Of a stretch of DNA of 64,000 bases, positions 37,701-49,563 are shown one piece after another (the first letter of the stretch is position 1; every line of letters starts with the position of its first letter). The position numbers were made by a program, and so were the translations under genes. The notes beneath the pieces are model-generated. The model made no database searches. It was given only the letters and a program-made list of their open reading frames with translations, and had not been told where the DNA came from. Source of the DNA: Octopus vulgaris (Eukaryota); assembly GCA_951406725.2 (NCBI GenBank), contig OX597818.1:80228001-80292000 (forward strand), given 5' to 3'.

Positions 37701-38716
37701 TTGAAAAATCATACTGGTTTTTTAAACTAATTCCTGATAAATGCTTTTTGAGTTGGCAACTAATCATCATCATTATTCTAATGTTAATTTTCCATACTTG
37801 CATGGGATGAATAGAGTTTATTGTATATTTTCTATGGCCAGATACTCTTCCTGTCTGCAACATTTACCTGTTTCCTAGCAAGGTTATATTTCCCCATGAC
37901 CAGATAATGTTTTTCACAGAAAACTGAAAACAACCAACCTTGCTTGTATGTCAGTGATACTCATTTACAACCATCACGCGATCTCTAGACATAAGTACTT
38001 GAACTCACACACACGTTTTTAAACACAATATTTACATGTTACTAATTTTGGCTTTATCAACTATTCACAAAGCAAATGATTGGGAAGCTGACTGCTGAAC
38101 CACAAAGTCACACTTGTGCCTATAAGCTAGTAATAGTTTTAAAGCATACACGTGTTTTTAAAGGATAGGTAGCAAAGGAGAGACAGTGCCCATAAACTAT
38201 GAAAGCTCATCCAGGCTAAATGAGATTGATTTGAACATGTAGGAAAAGCCAATGGACAATAACAGAATTGCCTAGATTTGTGATTTGAGTTAGAAAAAAT
38301 TGGTTGAAGTATGTTTAGCTTGCAGGGTCTAATAACTGATACAGTGTGAGTAATGTAAGGAGTAGGCTGAGATGGATGGTCCTAGATGGAGAGGGTTTTT
38401 TTGCATTGCATTATTAGAATCACATTGCAAAATGTTCCAATGAACCAGTGGTGTAGTGTGCTGGTGAGTAAAACTGACTGATGATAGTGTAGATAATTGT
38501 GCTTCTGTCTCATGAACTGTGCTCCACTGTAGTGTTTATTCAGTCTTTGTAAAGGGTCAGCAACTAATCAGGGAGGAATTTGGTATTTCTTTGCTCTTAA
38601 AATTCTTAGCATTCTAAACATTATTTCATATTATATATTGAACACTTTTATAGTTTACTTTGTATTTCGATTCGTATGCTAATGTAATTAATATCTGTAT
38701 TTCCAATGTTTTATAG

Positions 38717-38801
38717 GAATGGGCGCTGGCGCTCTCAGTGGACTATCACCTTTAATGAGAATGGTGGTAAAGTTGACTTGATAGGTCTTCTCAAAGTGCA
38801 G
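38717..38801 (+). CDS. CAPZA: CAPZA exon 7 (NGRWRSQWTITFNENGGKVDLIGLLKVQ)
   Basis: WNGRWRS motif across the junction; ttatag acceptor; gtaagc donor; 85 nt. Confidence 0.97.
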
Positions 38802-40332
38802 GTAAGCAAGCAACTATGAATTTTTGGATGTTGAACAGGGAGGTAATTCTTGCTTTAGCAAGTGTTTAAAGGGAGGTAATCAAAGACAACTTTTTATAAT
38901 TAAAAAAAACAAAATGCGCTTGCATATACAACATGCGGCAGAAAAAAATTCGTCGTTGCTGTGGCGTTAGTGGACATAGACAGGTGGTAACGATGTATTC
39001 ATGTAAATAATGTTTTACTGCTTTTTTTCCCCCCACCCATCGTAGTTTGGACTTCGTACATCCTGTGATAACTGTTGAAATGTTTAACAAAAATGATGGA
39101 TTGGGGAGGTTGTGTCGCATCCTGTATATAAGGAGTTATCTAGACCTTTTTTTCTTAAAATTAACAGAACTCAGATTAATAAAGAATTGTAGTAGTGGAG
39201 ATTGGCGGGGCTATGTTGAGGACATTAATGATGTTAATGAACAGCAGTTTCTCACTTTTCACTTTTGAAATCATTATTACATAACTTAGTAGTTTATAAC
39301 TTTTGACATCAGATAATAAGTTGATGTGGGGGATACAATTTGTGATATTCATCAATAGTGAAAGTGCATATACTAGTAATAGTATATTTGATAAGTCTGC
39401 TCATTGTTAATCTATGAGTCTAAAACATTAGTTCTCAGCTGGAGTCCATATAAAATTTTGTTGTTAAAATCTATGGGCAATAAATTGGTCAGATTTCTAC
39501 AACACAAAATATTTTAACACCTTTTTTTATACAATTCCTTACATCTAATCTAATATATGAAAGAGAGATGTGTGTGTGTATATTCACTTTTCACATGAAA
39601 ACAGCTTCATTTACTTCCATACTTGTGATGTATGAATAATTTGACCTCAGACACATAATAGGGTCTTCATTTAATTTTTTTTATTAAAAATAAAAAAATA
39701 TTGCTTTATATTTATGATTCACTTCTTTGAAAAGGTTTCTCAATGTCAACTTCTGGCATTGATGTAAAAGCGGTGAAGTCTCACTTACTATTTTAATGTT
39801 CACTATTTGTAAACAACTACCATAAATTACTGAAAGAACTATTTACGAAGTTCACAAATTTAAATATTCGGTACAATATAGTTTTTAACGTGCTTTTATT
39901 TATACGATTTTTTCATTCCATGTTTATCTCATTCATTGCTTTCAATGTTTTCTCTGCCTGTCTCTCTCTCTCTCTCTCTCTGATTTCGTTCTGTACTCGC
40001 ACACTTTGTTAATTTCTGTAAAATTTTAAAATTTATTTTCATTTTGCACGCTGTGTTCAGTTCTCTATTTGTAGTCAGTCACACATGCACATGCGTTTTT
40101 GTATGTACGTTTGTATGCATTTATGTGTGTGTGAGTGAATGGGTGTGTTGTCATGCATGCATGCATACATACATATATAAATATATATATGCATTCATCT
40201 TTTTTCTGTGTGAGTGTGAGAGGGATGTCTAAGTGGCACTCTTTCTCTTTCACACACATATACATACAAGAAAGATGTATGCCTATTTACGTATATACAT
40301 ATACATAAACAACACACTCCTTCACTCACTTG

Positions 40333-40363
<31 letters not shown>

Positions 40364-40429
40364 GCATCCATTTCATCTGATGTTTGATATTGTATGTATC
40401 TGTGTATGTGTATGCATGCGGCATTCCAT

Positions 40430-41467
40430 AATCACTAGAAAAAAAGCAGAGGAATTTTCTTTCTTGATGCTCCTGGTGGCACAGGTAAAACATTTGTAAC
40501 ATTGCTTCTCTCCAAGGTAACAAAAAAAGAATTGCAGTTGCTGTACTATTGTCTGGCTTTGCAGCCACCATTCTCCCAGGAAGACGAACAGCTCACTCTG
40601 CTTTTAAATTATCACTAAACCTGGTCACAAGGGACAGTCCAATTTGTAACATAAGCAAAAATTCAGGTTCAGCAGAAGTGTTGTGCCAAAGCCACATTAT
40701 CATTTGGGATGAGTGCACCATGTCACAGAGGTGCAATGGAAGCTCTTGGTAAGACCTTACAGGACATCAGAGGCAACAACAAATCTATGGGAGGAGTTAC
40801 ATTAGTTTTATCAGGAGACTTCAGATACACATTACCAGTCATTCTGAGACGAACAAGATCTGGTGATATAAAAGCATGCATTGTCTTCACACCAATGGAA
40901 TAAAGTACTAAAATTCTCTTTCGATACTAATGTGTGAGCTTTATTACATGGAGACCAATGTGCAAAACCGTTTTCAAATTGGCTCCTCTAATTAGGAAAT
41001 GGAAAAGTACCATTTGATGGGAATGGTGATATGAGATTGGTTCATATTGTTGTCACGGTGAATTCTCCAGCTGATTTGAGGAACAGGGTATTTCCAGACT
41101 TAAGTAATAATTATAATTCACATAAATGGTTGTGAAAGGGCAATTCTTGCTCCAAAAAAATGTGGAAGTAGCAAGGATTAACCATGAGTTAATGAATAAG
41201 ATTCTAACAGTCATTAAGGAGTACAAATCAGTTGATTCAGTCTTTGATGAAAATCAAGCTGTCCATTACCCAACAGAGTTCCTTAATTTTCTTAAGCCAC
41301 CTGGAACTCCTCCACATAAATTTTTTCTGAAGGTAGGAGTCCCAATAATGCTTCAAAGAAATTTAGATCCTCCTACATTATGCAATGGGACAAGGTTGAT
41401 TGTGAAGACATTACCACCTAATGTGACAGAAGCTACCATCATCAATGGCAGTGCCTCTAGGATCTAA
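40430..41467 (+). mobile_element. Helitron PIF1-like helicase remnant (frameshifted)
   Basis: FFLDAPGGTGKTF, RTAHSAFKL, IIWDECTM, GDFRYTLPVI, LKVGVPIMLQRNLDPPTLCNGTRL; possible 5' TC end near 39544-39550 and CTAG at 41503-41506. Confidence 0.9.
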
Positions 41468-41831
41468 TTTGTTAAAATACTCAGTGTAGTGTAGAAGTGT
41501 AACTAGTTCATTGCTCATAAGCTTTAACAACAAAATCTTATATGAAACCTCAAGGGTTATATGGGCACCGGTTGAGAACTACTGATTGAGGGATACCTTT
41601 GTTGGCTTGTTGATCATTTATGATCAAAAAGTATCCTATTTCATATTATGTTAGGAGTCTCCCCTCACACACACCTGTTTTCTTTTTTTCAACTCCTCAA
41701 CACTAAATAACATCACAGTTCACCTGCTACTAGACTGTGGCAGTTGACTTAAGATTTTGGTGATGACTTACATAAGATTTTGTCAACTTGCAGTTATTTA
41801 ATGATTCTTTTCTTTTTTTTTATTCTATCAG

Positions 41832-41903
41832 GTCCACTATTATGAAGATGGTAATGTACAGCTTGTTAGCTCCAAAGATGTTAACTTAACTATAAATGTT
41901 ACC
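41832..41903 (+). CDS. CAPZA: CAPZA exon 8 (VHYYEDGNVQLVSSKDVNLTINVT)
   Basis: VHYYEDGNVQL capping-protein-alpha signature; atcag acceptor; gtaagt donor; 72 nt. Confidence 0.98.
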
Positions 41904-42464
41904 GTAAGTATATATTTTTTTGTTACCTATTTTTTCGTTTGTTTTTGTTGCGATTTCTCTCTGTTTTTTTACACTTCCATGGATTTGATAGGGCTTCTCT
42001 TTGATTCTATGTCTTACCATTTGGGAGTTAATCATGGTCAATATACAGACACTAAAGTGGATAGAAATTCCATATACTATAGATTTATGGTTAAGCCTTT
42101 CAGTTTACTTACTTCTATGTTAAAAACTTCTCTAACTGTTTGACTGATTAATCTATAAGAGCTAGATCATTGACAGAAATCTGGGTAGCCTGTCGTAAAC
42201 AAGGAGGTTGGGAATCCGGCTCTGATAGACACATACTTATTGCATACCAGCTACCTCAATGGAACCATTGCTGACTCTCACCTTACTGGCAATGGTTTTC
42301 TTAATGATCACCGGTCTTCAGAGCATGGTACCCTATCAAAGACTGTCTAGTCAACAAATACTGGGTATTCGTAGGCTTACTCTTAGCTGGGAACTTACCA
42401 CTAAATAGGTGGTGGGCATTGGTGATATTCTGTCCATCCTGGCAGAAACCTAAGCTACCTTCAA

Positions 42465-42671
42465 CTACCTTCAACAGGTGATCATATTATTCTTAAGTTA
42501 TTTTCAAGTCTAGTACTTTATTGGTATATTTGTTGATCCACTAAGTTACTGGACATAAACAAATGAATATAAACTCAGTCACACACACACCCACACTCAT
42601 CATTATCATCACTATTCCATGCTTGCACAGGCAGAATTTCTATGACTGGATGTCCTTCCTGTCCTGTCTCC
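42465..42671 (+). repeat. 207-bp direct duplicate of 36711-36917
   Basis: 3 substitutions counted over 207 bp. Confidence 0.92.
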
Positions 42672-43544
42672 TGTCCTATCCTCATCACTGATATAAGCTT
42701 ACTCTCTTTCTAATTAGCTGTTTTCATAAACATCGCCCATCAATTTGATGTCTGTGTAGTGTTTTCTTTTAGAGCATCTCTTTTACTCTTGTTTCTGTTG
42801 AAGATACTACTACACCCTCTACTACATAATTAACTATGCAAGTGATTAGCACCTTTCGTATTTCATTAAATATTTTCAGGATCTTACCAACTATTTCCTG
42901 ATACTTTTCCTACCTTTATATCCCTTAATAGTCCTTTCAACTCTGTCGCTGTTAATTTCAACTATAGTCTTTGTTTTGGGTGTATTTGGAGTAACCCCTA
43001 TCCTCCAAGCATTCTCTTTGTTCAGTGACCTTTCACATCCCTTTTTCTTTTTGATGCAAATACCACCAAGTGCACCACTGTCCTTATTAGCATATTGACA
43101 TTTAGAACAGCTTATACCTCTGATCATCTCATCACAGAAAATTAGCAAGCCTCTTACTTTCAGTTTCTCTCCTTGCTAAGTCTAATCTAATATTTAACAG
43201 ATATTGTTCTTTGCTCTCCACCCATCTGTCTTTCTTACATTCTTTTCAGACCTGTTTCTTAGCTTTTAGGGACTATCTATGCTACCATTCCACGCCATGT
43301 CTATCTGGTTAGAACCTTGGTCCATCCGTAGATCTTGTCTGTGGCGGGTAGTGGGTTTTCTCAGAACCCCCCAAATTTTATAAAACTTTGTCTCCACTTC
43401 TTGTCTCATACAGTGCCTAGCACTTCTTTGAACTTACATGTTAACACTTACAGTATGCAAATAAGTAGCTCTAGTTTTCTGTAGCTACTCTAATTGTTGA
43501 GCATATACAGATTGGTTGCTTGCTTCTCTGGTGTTGGTCAAATT

Positions 43545-43604
43545 GATGCAGATGCCTCTGATGAGAATTTAATAAGATTTGAAAATCGATTAAGGCTGAT
43601 CATC
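43545..43604 (+). ncRNA. Minimal type I hammerhead ribozyme motif
   Basis: GCCU-CUGAUGA-GAAUUU aauaa GAUUU-GAAA-AUCGAU-UA^AGGC; stem I GCCU/AGGC; palindromic stem III. Confidence 0.75.
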
Positions 43605-43655
43605 ATTTTTATCAATCTAAAGAGAAAGTTAAATTAGCCCTATTTATAAAGGTTC

Positions 43656-43870
43656 TATGAGGGGTGTTGAAAAGTTCCTGGCTCTAAGGATATCATGAAA
43701 GGTCTGGTTGGAGGCGCAACCTTCCAAGTTCTTTTGCAAGGCTTAGAAAAACTGAAGGATCACTGCAATAAATGTGCCTCTGAGAGGGGAATATATTCAA
43801 TAAAATCATAATTAACTGACCCTCCTGTATTTTCTTTTACTCAAAGCCAGGAACTTTTCAGCACTCCATA
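43656..43870 (+). mobile_element. Non-autonomous mariner derivative (MITE)
   Basis: TA-flanked TIRs tgaggggtgttgaaaagttcctggct / agccaggaacttttcagcactcca; keeps transposase C-terminus LEKLKDHCNKC..RGEYIQ*. Confidence 0.8.
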
Positions 43871-44598
43871 GGTTGCATATCATTGGTGGATCTTTCATGT
43901 TCTGTACCTTTCTTCTCTAGATTGTTTTGGGTCTATCTTGCTCTTATCTTGAAGCCACTGATCACCAATGTCTGTTGAGTAGATTTGAGACTATAGTAGA
44001 AGACACTTGCCCAAGGTGCCCCACAGTGGGACTGAACCTGAAACCATTTAGCTGGGAAGCAAACTTCTGAAGTATGCAGCCTCTATGAATACTAAACATG
44101 CATCCATACATTCAGTATTCTTGCTACAGGTGCTCCAAATAATTTTTGTTTAGCCCATTTGCATTCAGGTTTCTTAATGAAATATATTGCTTATTTATTC
44201 ACATTCTTTGGAATTAATTCTGCATTGTTTTGTAGTTTCAAGATTTCAATGATGTGATTGTATATTTTTAGAATGACATTGTAGGGGAGGTGTGAGAGGT
44301 TGAATCTGGTCAGTTTTAGCACCCAGCACACTCTGTTAAGTGGTTGGTGTTAGGAAGGGCACCCAACTATAGAAACCATGCCACAGGCAATTGGAGTTTG
44401 GACAGCTCCATGTCAAACAGTTCAACACATGCCAGCATGGAAAGTGGACATTAAATGATGCTGCTGCTGATGATAATGATGACATAGAATATTGGGGCCG
44501 GTTACTAAAGGGTTAATTAAATATTTAAGCAGCAAATATAAACATATAATGAAATACAACTATTTGGTTTTGAAAGAAATATTATTTTTCTATTTCAG

Positions 44599-44661
44599 AA
44601 AGAAGAAGCATTGGCCAAGGAATTTACACAACTGGTTTCAGAGGCAGAGAATGAGTATCAA
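44599..44661 (+). CDS. CAPZA: CAPZA exon 9 (KEEALAKEFTQLVSEAENEYQ)
   Basis: AKEF...AENEYQ motif; tttcag acceptor; gtaagt donor; 63 nt. Confidence 0.96.
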
Positions 44662-44724
44662 GTAAGTTTCATACACACTCGCATGTGTGCGCAATGTTGC
44701 TTTTCAATATTATAATACTGAGTA

Positions 44725-45120
44725 AAGTGGTGAACTAGCAGAATCATTAACATGAAGCTTAGTGGCACTTTACATTCTGAGTTCAAAATTTTGCTGAGGT
44801 CGACTTTGCCTTTGATCCTTTCAGAGTTGATAAAATAAGTACCAGTTAAACACTGGGAGTTGATATAATCAATTTAACCCCTCTCCAAAAAATTTTGCTG
44901 GACTAGTGTTGAAATTTGAAACTGATGTTATAGTAAGGCAATGAGCTGGCAGATTCATTAGCATGAAGGGCAAAATGTGTTGTGACATTTCGTCCATATT
45001 TACATTCTGAGTTCAAAATTCCACTGAAGTTGATAAAACAAGTACCAGTTGAATGCTGGGGTTTATGTAAACTGCGTTAACTCCTCCTCCAAACTTGCTG
45101 GCCTTGTGTCAAAATATGAA
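44725..45120 (+). mobile_element. Two tandem MetaSINE-like copies
   Basis: Two heads (gagctggcaga..cattagc), ctgagttcaaa, gataaaataagtaccag. Confidence 0.7.
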
Positions 45121-45986
45121 ATTATTATTTATTGTACTGTGTTGTTACATTTGTATTGATACTTTTGAAGTAGTAGTTGATGTTATTACTAGTGTCATTA
45201 TGGATGTCAACTGTAGAATCGGAGTTTGTATGTCCTGTCTGGGAGAGTTCAGCCCAGAAAAGAAACTTGATCCAGCATTGAACATGTGTTGTTAGATCAC
45301 TGGTTACATGAGGCCTATCAGCACAGACAACCTCCATCTCCTTGCTGGTATGTGCTCCTACTGATACTAGACAGGAATTGGTTAGTTACGTCAAGATGAT
45401 AAAGGCTAGTAATGATGGACCATACTATGGAACACTGCCCTTTCTGCCTTCTACTACCCAATCACCACAGCCCAAAAGATATTGCTGAGTTACATAAAAA
45501 TTGGAAAAACACTGCGTAAAGAAATGAGAAAATGTCACACTTTGAAGAATCAAAAGATGGTGTGGCAAAGATATAGTTGCATTTTGCATTTCATTGTCAG
45601 GGTTTATTTTAAGGTACCTGACAGGTATTAAGGTCTATATGCCCTTTGTAAAAATTTGCAGCCTTTTACTTATATTAGGAATTATTATTACTGCTGCTGT
45701 TGTTGCTTCTTATAATGATGTTCTTCTAGCCAAGCTTTGGGATTATAATGACCGATATATTGAATCCTATTTTGAACGCTTCTGTATGTTTTGACCACTA
45801 TGATGCAATTGGTTGGTCTTCATCCACAAGATAGCCATGGTATCCTGACTACCTGTTACAGCTGGTTATTGTTTACCCTCCTGTTGTAATTGGTCAGTAT
45901 TTGTCATTACGTACATCTACAGTTACTGTTGTTACTCTAGCAGTTATTGTTTACATTGTTGTAAATGCTGTTTCTGGTGATGTTGT

Positions 45987-46212
45987 TTAATCCATTAGCA
46001 TTCAGATCTCTGTCAAATGTAATACTTATTTATTCACATTGTTTTGAATTAATCATGCATTATCCTGTAGCTTCAAGATTTCAATGGTGTGTTTATATGT
46101 TTTTAGAATGACATTGTAGGTTAAGTATGAAAGGTTGGATCTGGTTAGTTTTAACATAATACAAGTAGAATATTTGGGCTGGATGTGGCTGGATTAAATG
46201 CTAAAGGGTTAA
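45987..46212. mobile_element. piggyBac-type TTAA MITE (opposite orientation)
   Basis: TTAA-tccattagcatt ... aatgctaaaggg-TTAA. Confidence 0.78.
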
Positions 46213-46497
46213 TAGATCTATCCTCATTTATCACTGATCTGGAATGACATGGAACACTGGTTGTGAACTGTATTATACTTATCAAAAATTGATCTGCGAT
46301 AATGCAGGTTGATAATCAAAAGATTCTGCTTGGATTGTGAAAGTATACCTCAGTAACCATCCACAGTACAACTTAGGGTCTCAGAACAAAACCTATTTTT
46401 CCCATACATTGTTATTCATTTATCATTGATCCAGTTAACATGATAGTTTTTTTCATTTTATTTTTTTAAACCAAAAACCTGTGATGTATACCAGTCA

Positions 46498-46560
46498 TAA
46501 ATCCTTAAATCCTAAAAATGTTTCAGCCCGAAGGCTGCGGCCATGTTGGGGCACCACCGC
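46498..46560 (-). mobile_element. Isolated LINE-like 3' tail with 8-nt terminal repeats
   Basis: Minus: ggtggtgccccaacatggccgcagccttcgggctgaaacattttt(a)aggattt-aaggattt; matches the SINE tail. Confidence 0.65.
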
Positions 46561-46677
46561 ATGGTGACACTTTTTCAAAAAAAATTTCTATTTAAAATTT
46601 TTTTTTTATTTTATTAAAAAAAATTTTTTTTTTTGTTATAATTTTAATCAGTGTTTTTCTTTCCTCCTGTTTTGCAG

Positions 46678-46818
46678 AGAGCCATATCTGAAAACTACCA
46701 AACTATGTCTGACACCACCTTTAAAGCTCTCAGACGACAACTTCCTGTGACCCGCAGCAAAATTGACTGGAACAAACTGATCAGTTACAAAATTGGGAGC
46801 GAACTGAAGAGCCCTTGA
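46678..46818 (+). CDS. CAPZA: CAPZA terminal exon 10 ([46 protein letters not shown])
   Basis: [16 protein letters not shown] signature; tgcag acceptor; TGA at 46816-46818; joined CDS = 867 nt, 288 aa. Confidence 0.98.
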   Translation, partial: RAISENYQTMSDTTFKALRRQLPVTRSKIDWNKLISYKIGSELKSP

Positions 46819-47269
46819 AAGGGTTCTGTTTTAGGTGGTCTTTATTCTTTTTTTTTTTTTTTTGTCGGTGGCAGAGCAACACCAGCAACTACTGCAGCAA
46901 AAGGAGGAAAACATAACTTGATACTGGATGTGTGTAGCCTCAGTTGAACTCCAGAGATTGAATTATGAAGCTACTTTAAAATCTGCAATTTTTTTTTTTT
47001 TTCTGCTGGACTCATGACCTCCATTCCCTCCCTAAAAAATATATCTAGTGACTACAAATAACAAAAAATAAGAAAAAAAAAATGCCTGAATGATAATAAT
47101 GATAATAATAAATAATAATAATAATAATAATGATAACATAATCTTTCAATATTTCCCCCTGGGTAAATTTTATGATGAAGAGAAATATATATATATATGA
47201 AAATAAAATAAAGACAAATATAAAAAACAAAACATTTTTTTTCTTCTTCTTTGTACCTTGGCTCCATGG

Positions 47270-47305
47270 AATAAAAAGATTTTTGACTATTGTTTTTGGT
47301 TGTCA
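47270..47305 (+). promoter_or_regulatory. Candidate CAPZA polyadenylation signal
   Basis: AATAAA at 47270-47275 followed by a GT/T-rich tract; alternative AATAAA at 47107 and 47202. Confidence 0.45.
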
Positions 47306-47330
47306 ATCTTTATATTTATAGGTCATATTT

Positions 47331-47661
47331 ATGTGGCTGTGTGGTAAGAAGCTTGCTTCCCAACCACATAGTTCCGGGATCAGTCCCACTATGTGGCACC
47401 TTGGGCAAGTGTCTTCTACTATAGCCTCGGGCCAACCAAAGACTTGTGAGTGGACTTGGTAGATGGAAACTGAAGTATGTGTGTGTTTGTTCCCCTACCA
47501 TCGCTTGACAACTGATGTTGGTGTGGTTACATCCCCGTAAATTAGCGGTTCAGCAAAAGAGTCTGATAGAATAAGTACTAGGCTTACAAAGAATAAGTCC
47601 TCGGGGTCGATTTCTTTGACTAATGGCGGTGCTCCAGCATGGCTACAGTCAAATGAGTAAA
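47331..47661 (+). mobile_element. tRNA-derived SINE copy
   Basis: Homologous to 31567-31965. Confidence 0.82.
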
Positions 47662-48194
47662 ATATATATACACGTGTGCACTCATTATACTCTTGGAGTG
47701 GTTGGTGTTAGGAAAGGCATCCAGCCATAGAAACCATGCCAAATCAGACTGGTGTCTTGTGCAGTTCTTCAGTTTACCAGCCCAGATCAAACCGTCCAAC
47801 CCATGCCAGCATGTACAACGGACATTAAATGATGATGTGTGTGTTTGCCAATGTCCTGTAGTGTGAAGATCAGAGACATGAGGTGTTCTGGATTGCGAGA
47901 CAGTGTGTCAGAGAGAATTGATATATTGTGTCATCATCGTTTAACGTCCGCTCTCCAAGCTGGCATGGGTTGGACGGTTTAACTGAGGTCTGACAAGCCA
48001 TTGGGTTGTACTAGGCTCTGATCTGGCAATATTTCTACAGCTGGACGCCCTTCCTAATGCCAACCACTTCGAGAGCGTAGTTTTTTCCTTTTTACATGGC
48101 ACAGGCGCCAGTCAGGGAGCACTGGCATCGACCACGTTCGGATGGTGCGTTGTACATGCCACTGGCACGGAAGCCAGTCAGGCGATGGATGGAT

Positions 48195-49563
48195 TATGGT
48201 ATGTTAGCACGTAATGATTCAGGCAAGAAAGAGGCATGTGCAATGCTATTGAATGTTGAGAATGAATGGGATAAAGGAAGTCTCCTTTGCGTGAATCCAA
48301 TAGAGGGACCAGCTATCCTAGCAGACATCAGTATGATAGATAAGACAATTAAAGATATGAAAACCCGGAAAGCCTCTGATCCATCTAGAATCACAATTAG
48401 GTTGCTCAAAGTATCTGGTAGGGTAGGATACGGACTTATAGCAGATTCTATATCAGCTAGAAAAGAAATTCCAGCTATGGAAGCAAAACCTGGGATCAAA
48501 GCGGTCTTAAAATCAACTTAACGAAGACTAAGGTCTTAGTAAGCCAGAAGACAGTTAGGATCCAACCACTTCGATGTGTAGGCAAGAACTCCATATAGTG
48601 TACCCGGTGTAAGCTATGACCGCACAAGAGTGCAGTGGATTAATAGGAAGGTTACGAGAGAAAGTAGCGTTTGTACGTGGAAAGATGCACAGGAGCCATG
48701 AAAACTATAGATACTCAGGAAATCGATTTTCTTAAATACCCCGGAGGTTCTTTACAGGAGGTGGATAATTTTTGCTACCCAGGGGACCAAATTAATTATG
48801 GGAGATGATGTACGGGGAGTGTAATAGCTAGAATAAGAATAGGATAGTGAAAATTCAGAGAGCTTTTACCTTAGTTGACAACCAAAAGTTTCTCTGTTCG
48901 AGTGAAAAAAATATTGTATGATGCATACGAACAGCAATTCTACATGATAGTGAGACGTGGGCCCTCAATACAGAGAGCATGCGAAGGTTAAAGAGGAATG
49001 AGGCTAGCATCCTCGAGTGGATGTGTAATGACAGTGTATTGAGAAAGAAGTTAGGCATAGGAGGAATTAGATGCAGTGTGCAAAAGAGAGGACTGCGCTG
49101 GTTTTACATGTGATGCGGATGGATGCTGACAGCTACATAAAGAAGGGTGCTGTTCATTCAAAGTAGGTGGAACTTGTGGAAAAGGGAAACCCAGAAACAC
49201 ATGGGACGAAGTACTGAAGGACGACCTCAGAACACTGAATATTTCGGACGAGATGATAAAGGACAGAGGTACCTGGCACCTTGCTGTACTGAAGAAGACA
49301 CCTCCTCAGCAGAATTGTTAAGACCGCATTTTCTGGTGAAGAGTCCTGTGCCGGTGCCATATAAAAAGTGCTCGTGCCGGTACCACGTAATTAACACTTG
49401 TGCCGGTGGTACGTTAAAAGCATCTAACGCACACTGTAAAGTGGTCGGTATCAGGAAGGGCATCCAGCCATAGAAACTACGCCCAAATTGACTAGAACCT
49501 GGTGCAGCTTGCCAGCTCTGGTCAAGCGACCCAAACCATTGCAGCAAAAACGATGACGATGAT
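48195..49563 (+). mobile_element. Decayed, internally deleted RTE-clade LINE
   Basis: LLNVENEWD..PIEGPAI, KTKVL, DNFCY, SETWA and GTCGKGKPRNTWDEV remnants; same 3' UTR and GAT tail as 8424-9218. Confidence 0.85.

Noticed and set aside
42700-43440. Possible non-LTR ORF remnant on minus strand
   Set aside because: No diagnostic motif recognised
45485-45520. U6 snRNA-like acataaaaattggaa
   Set aside because: Match is too short and does not extend
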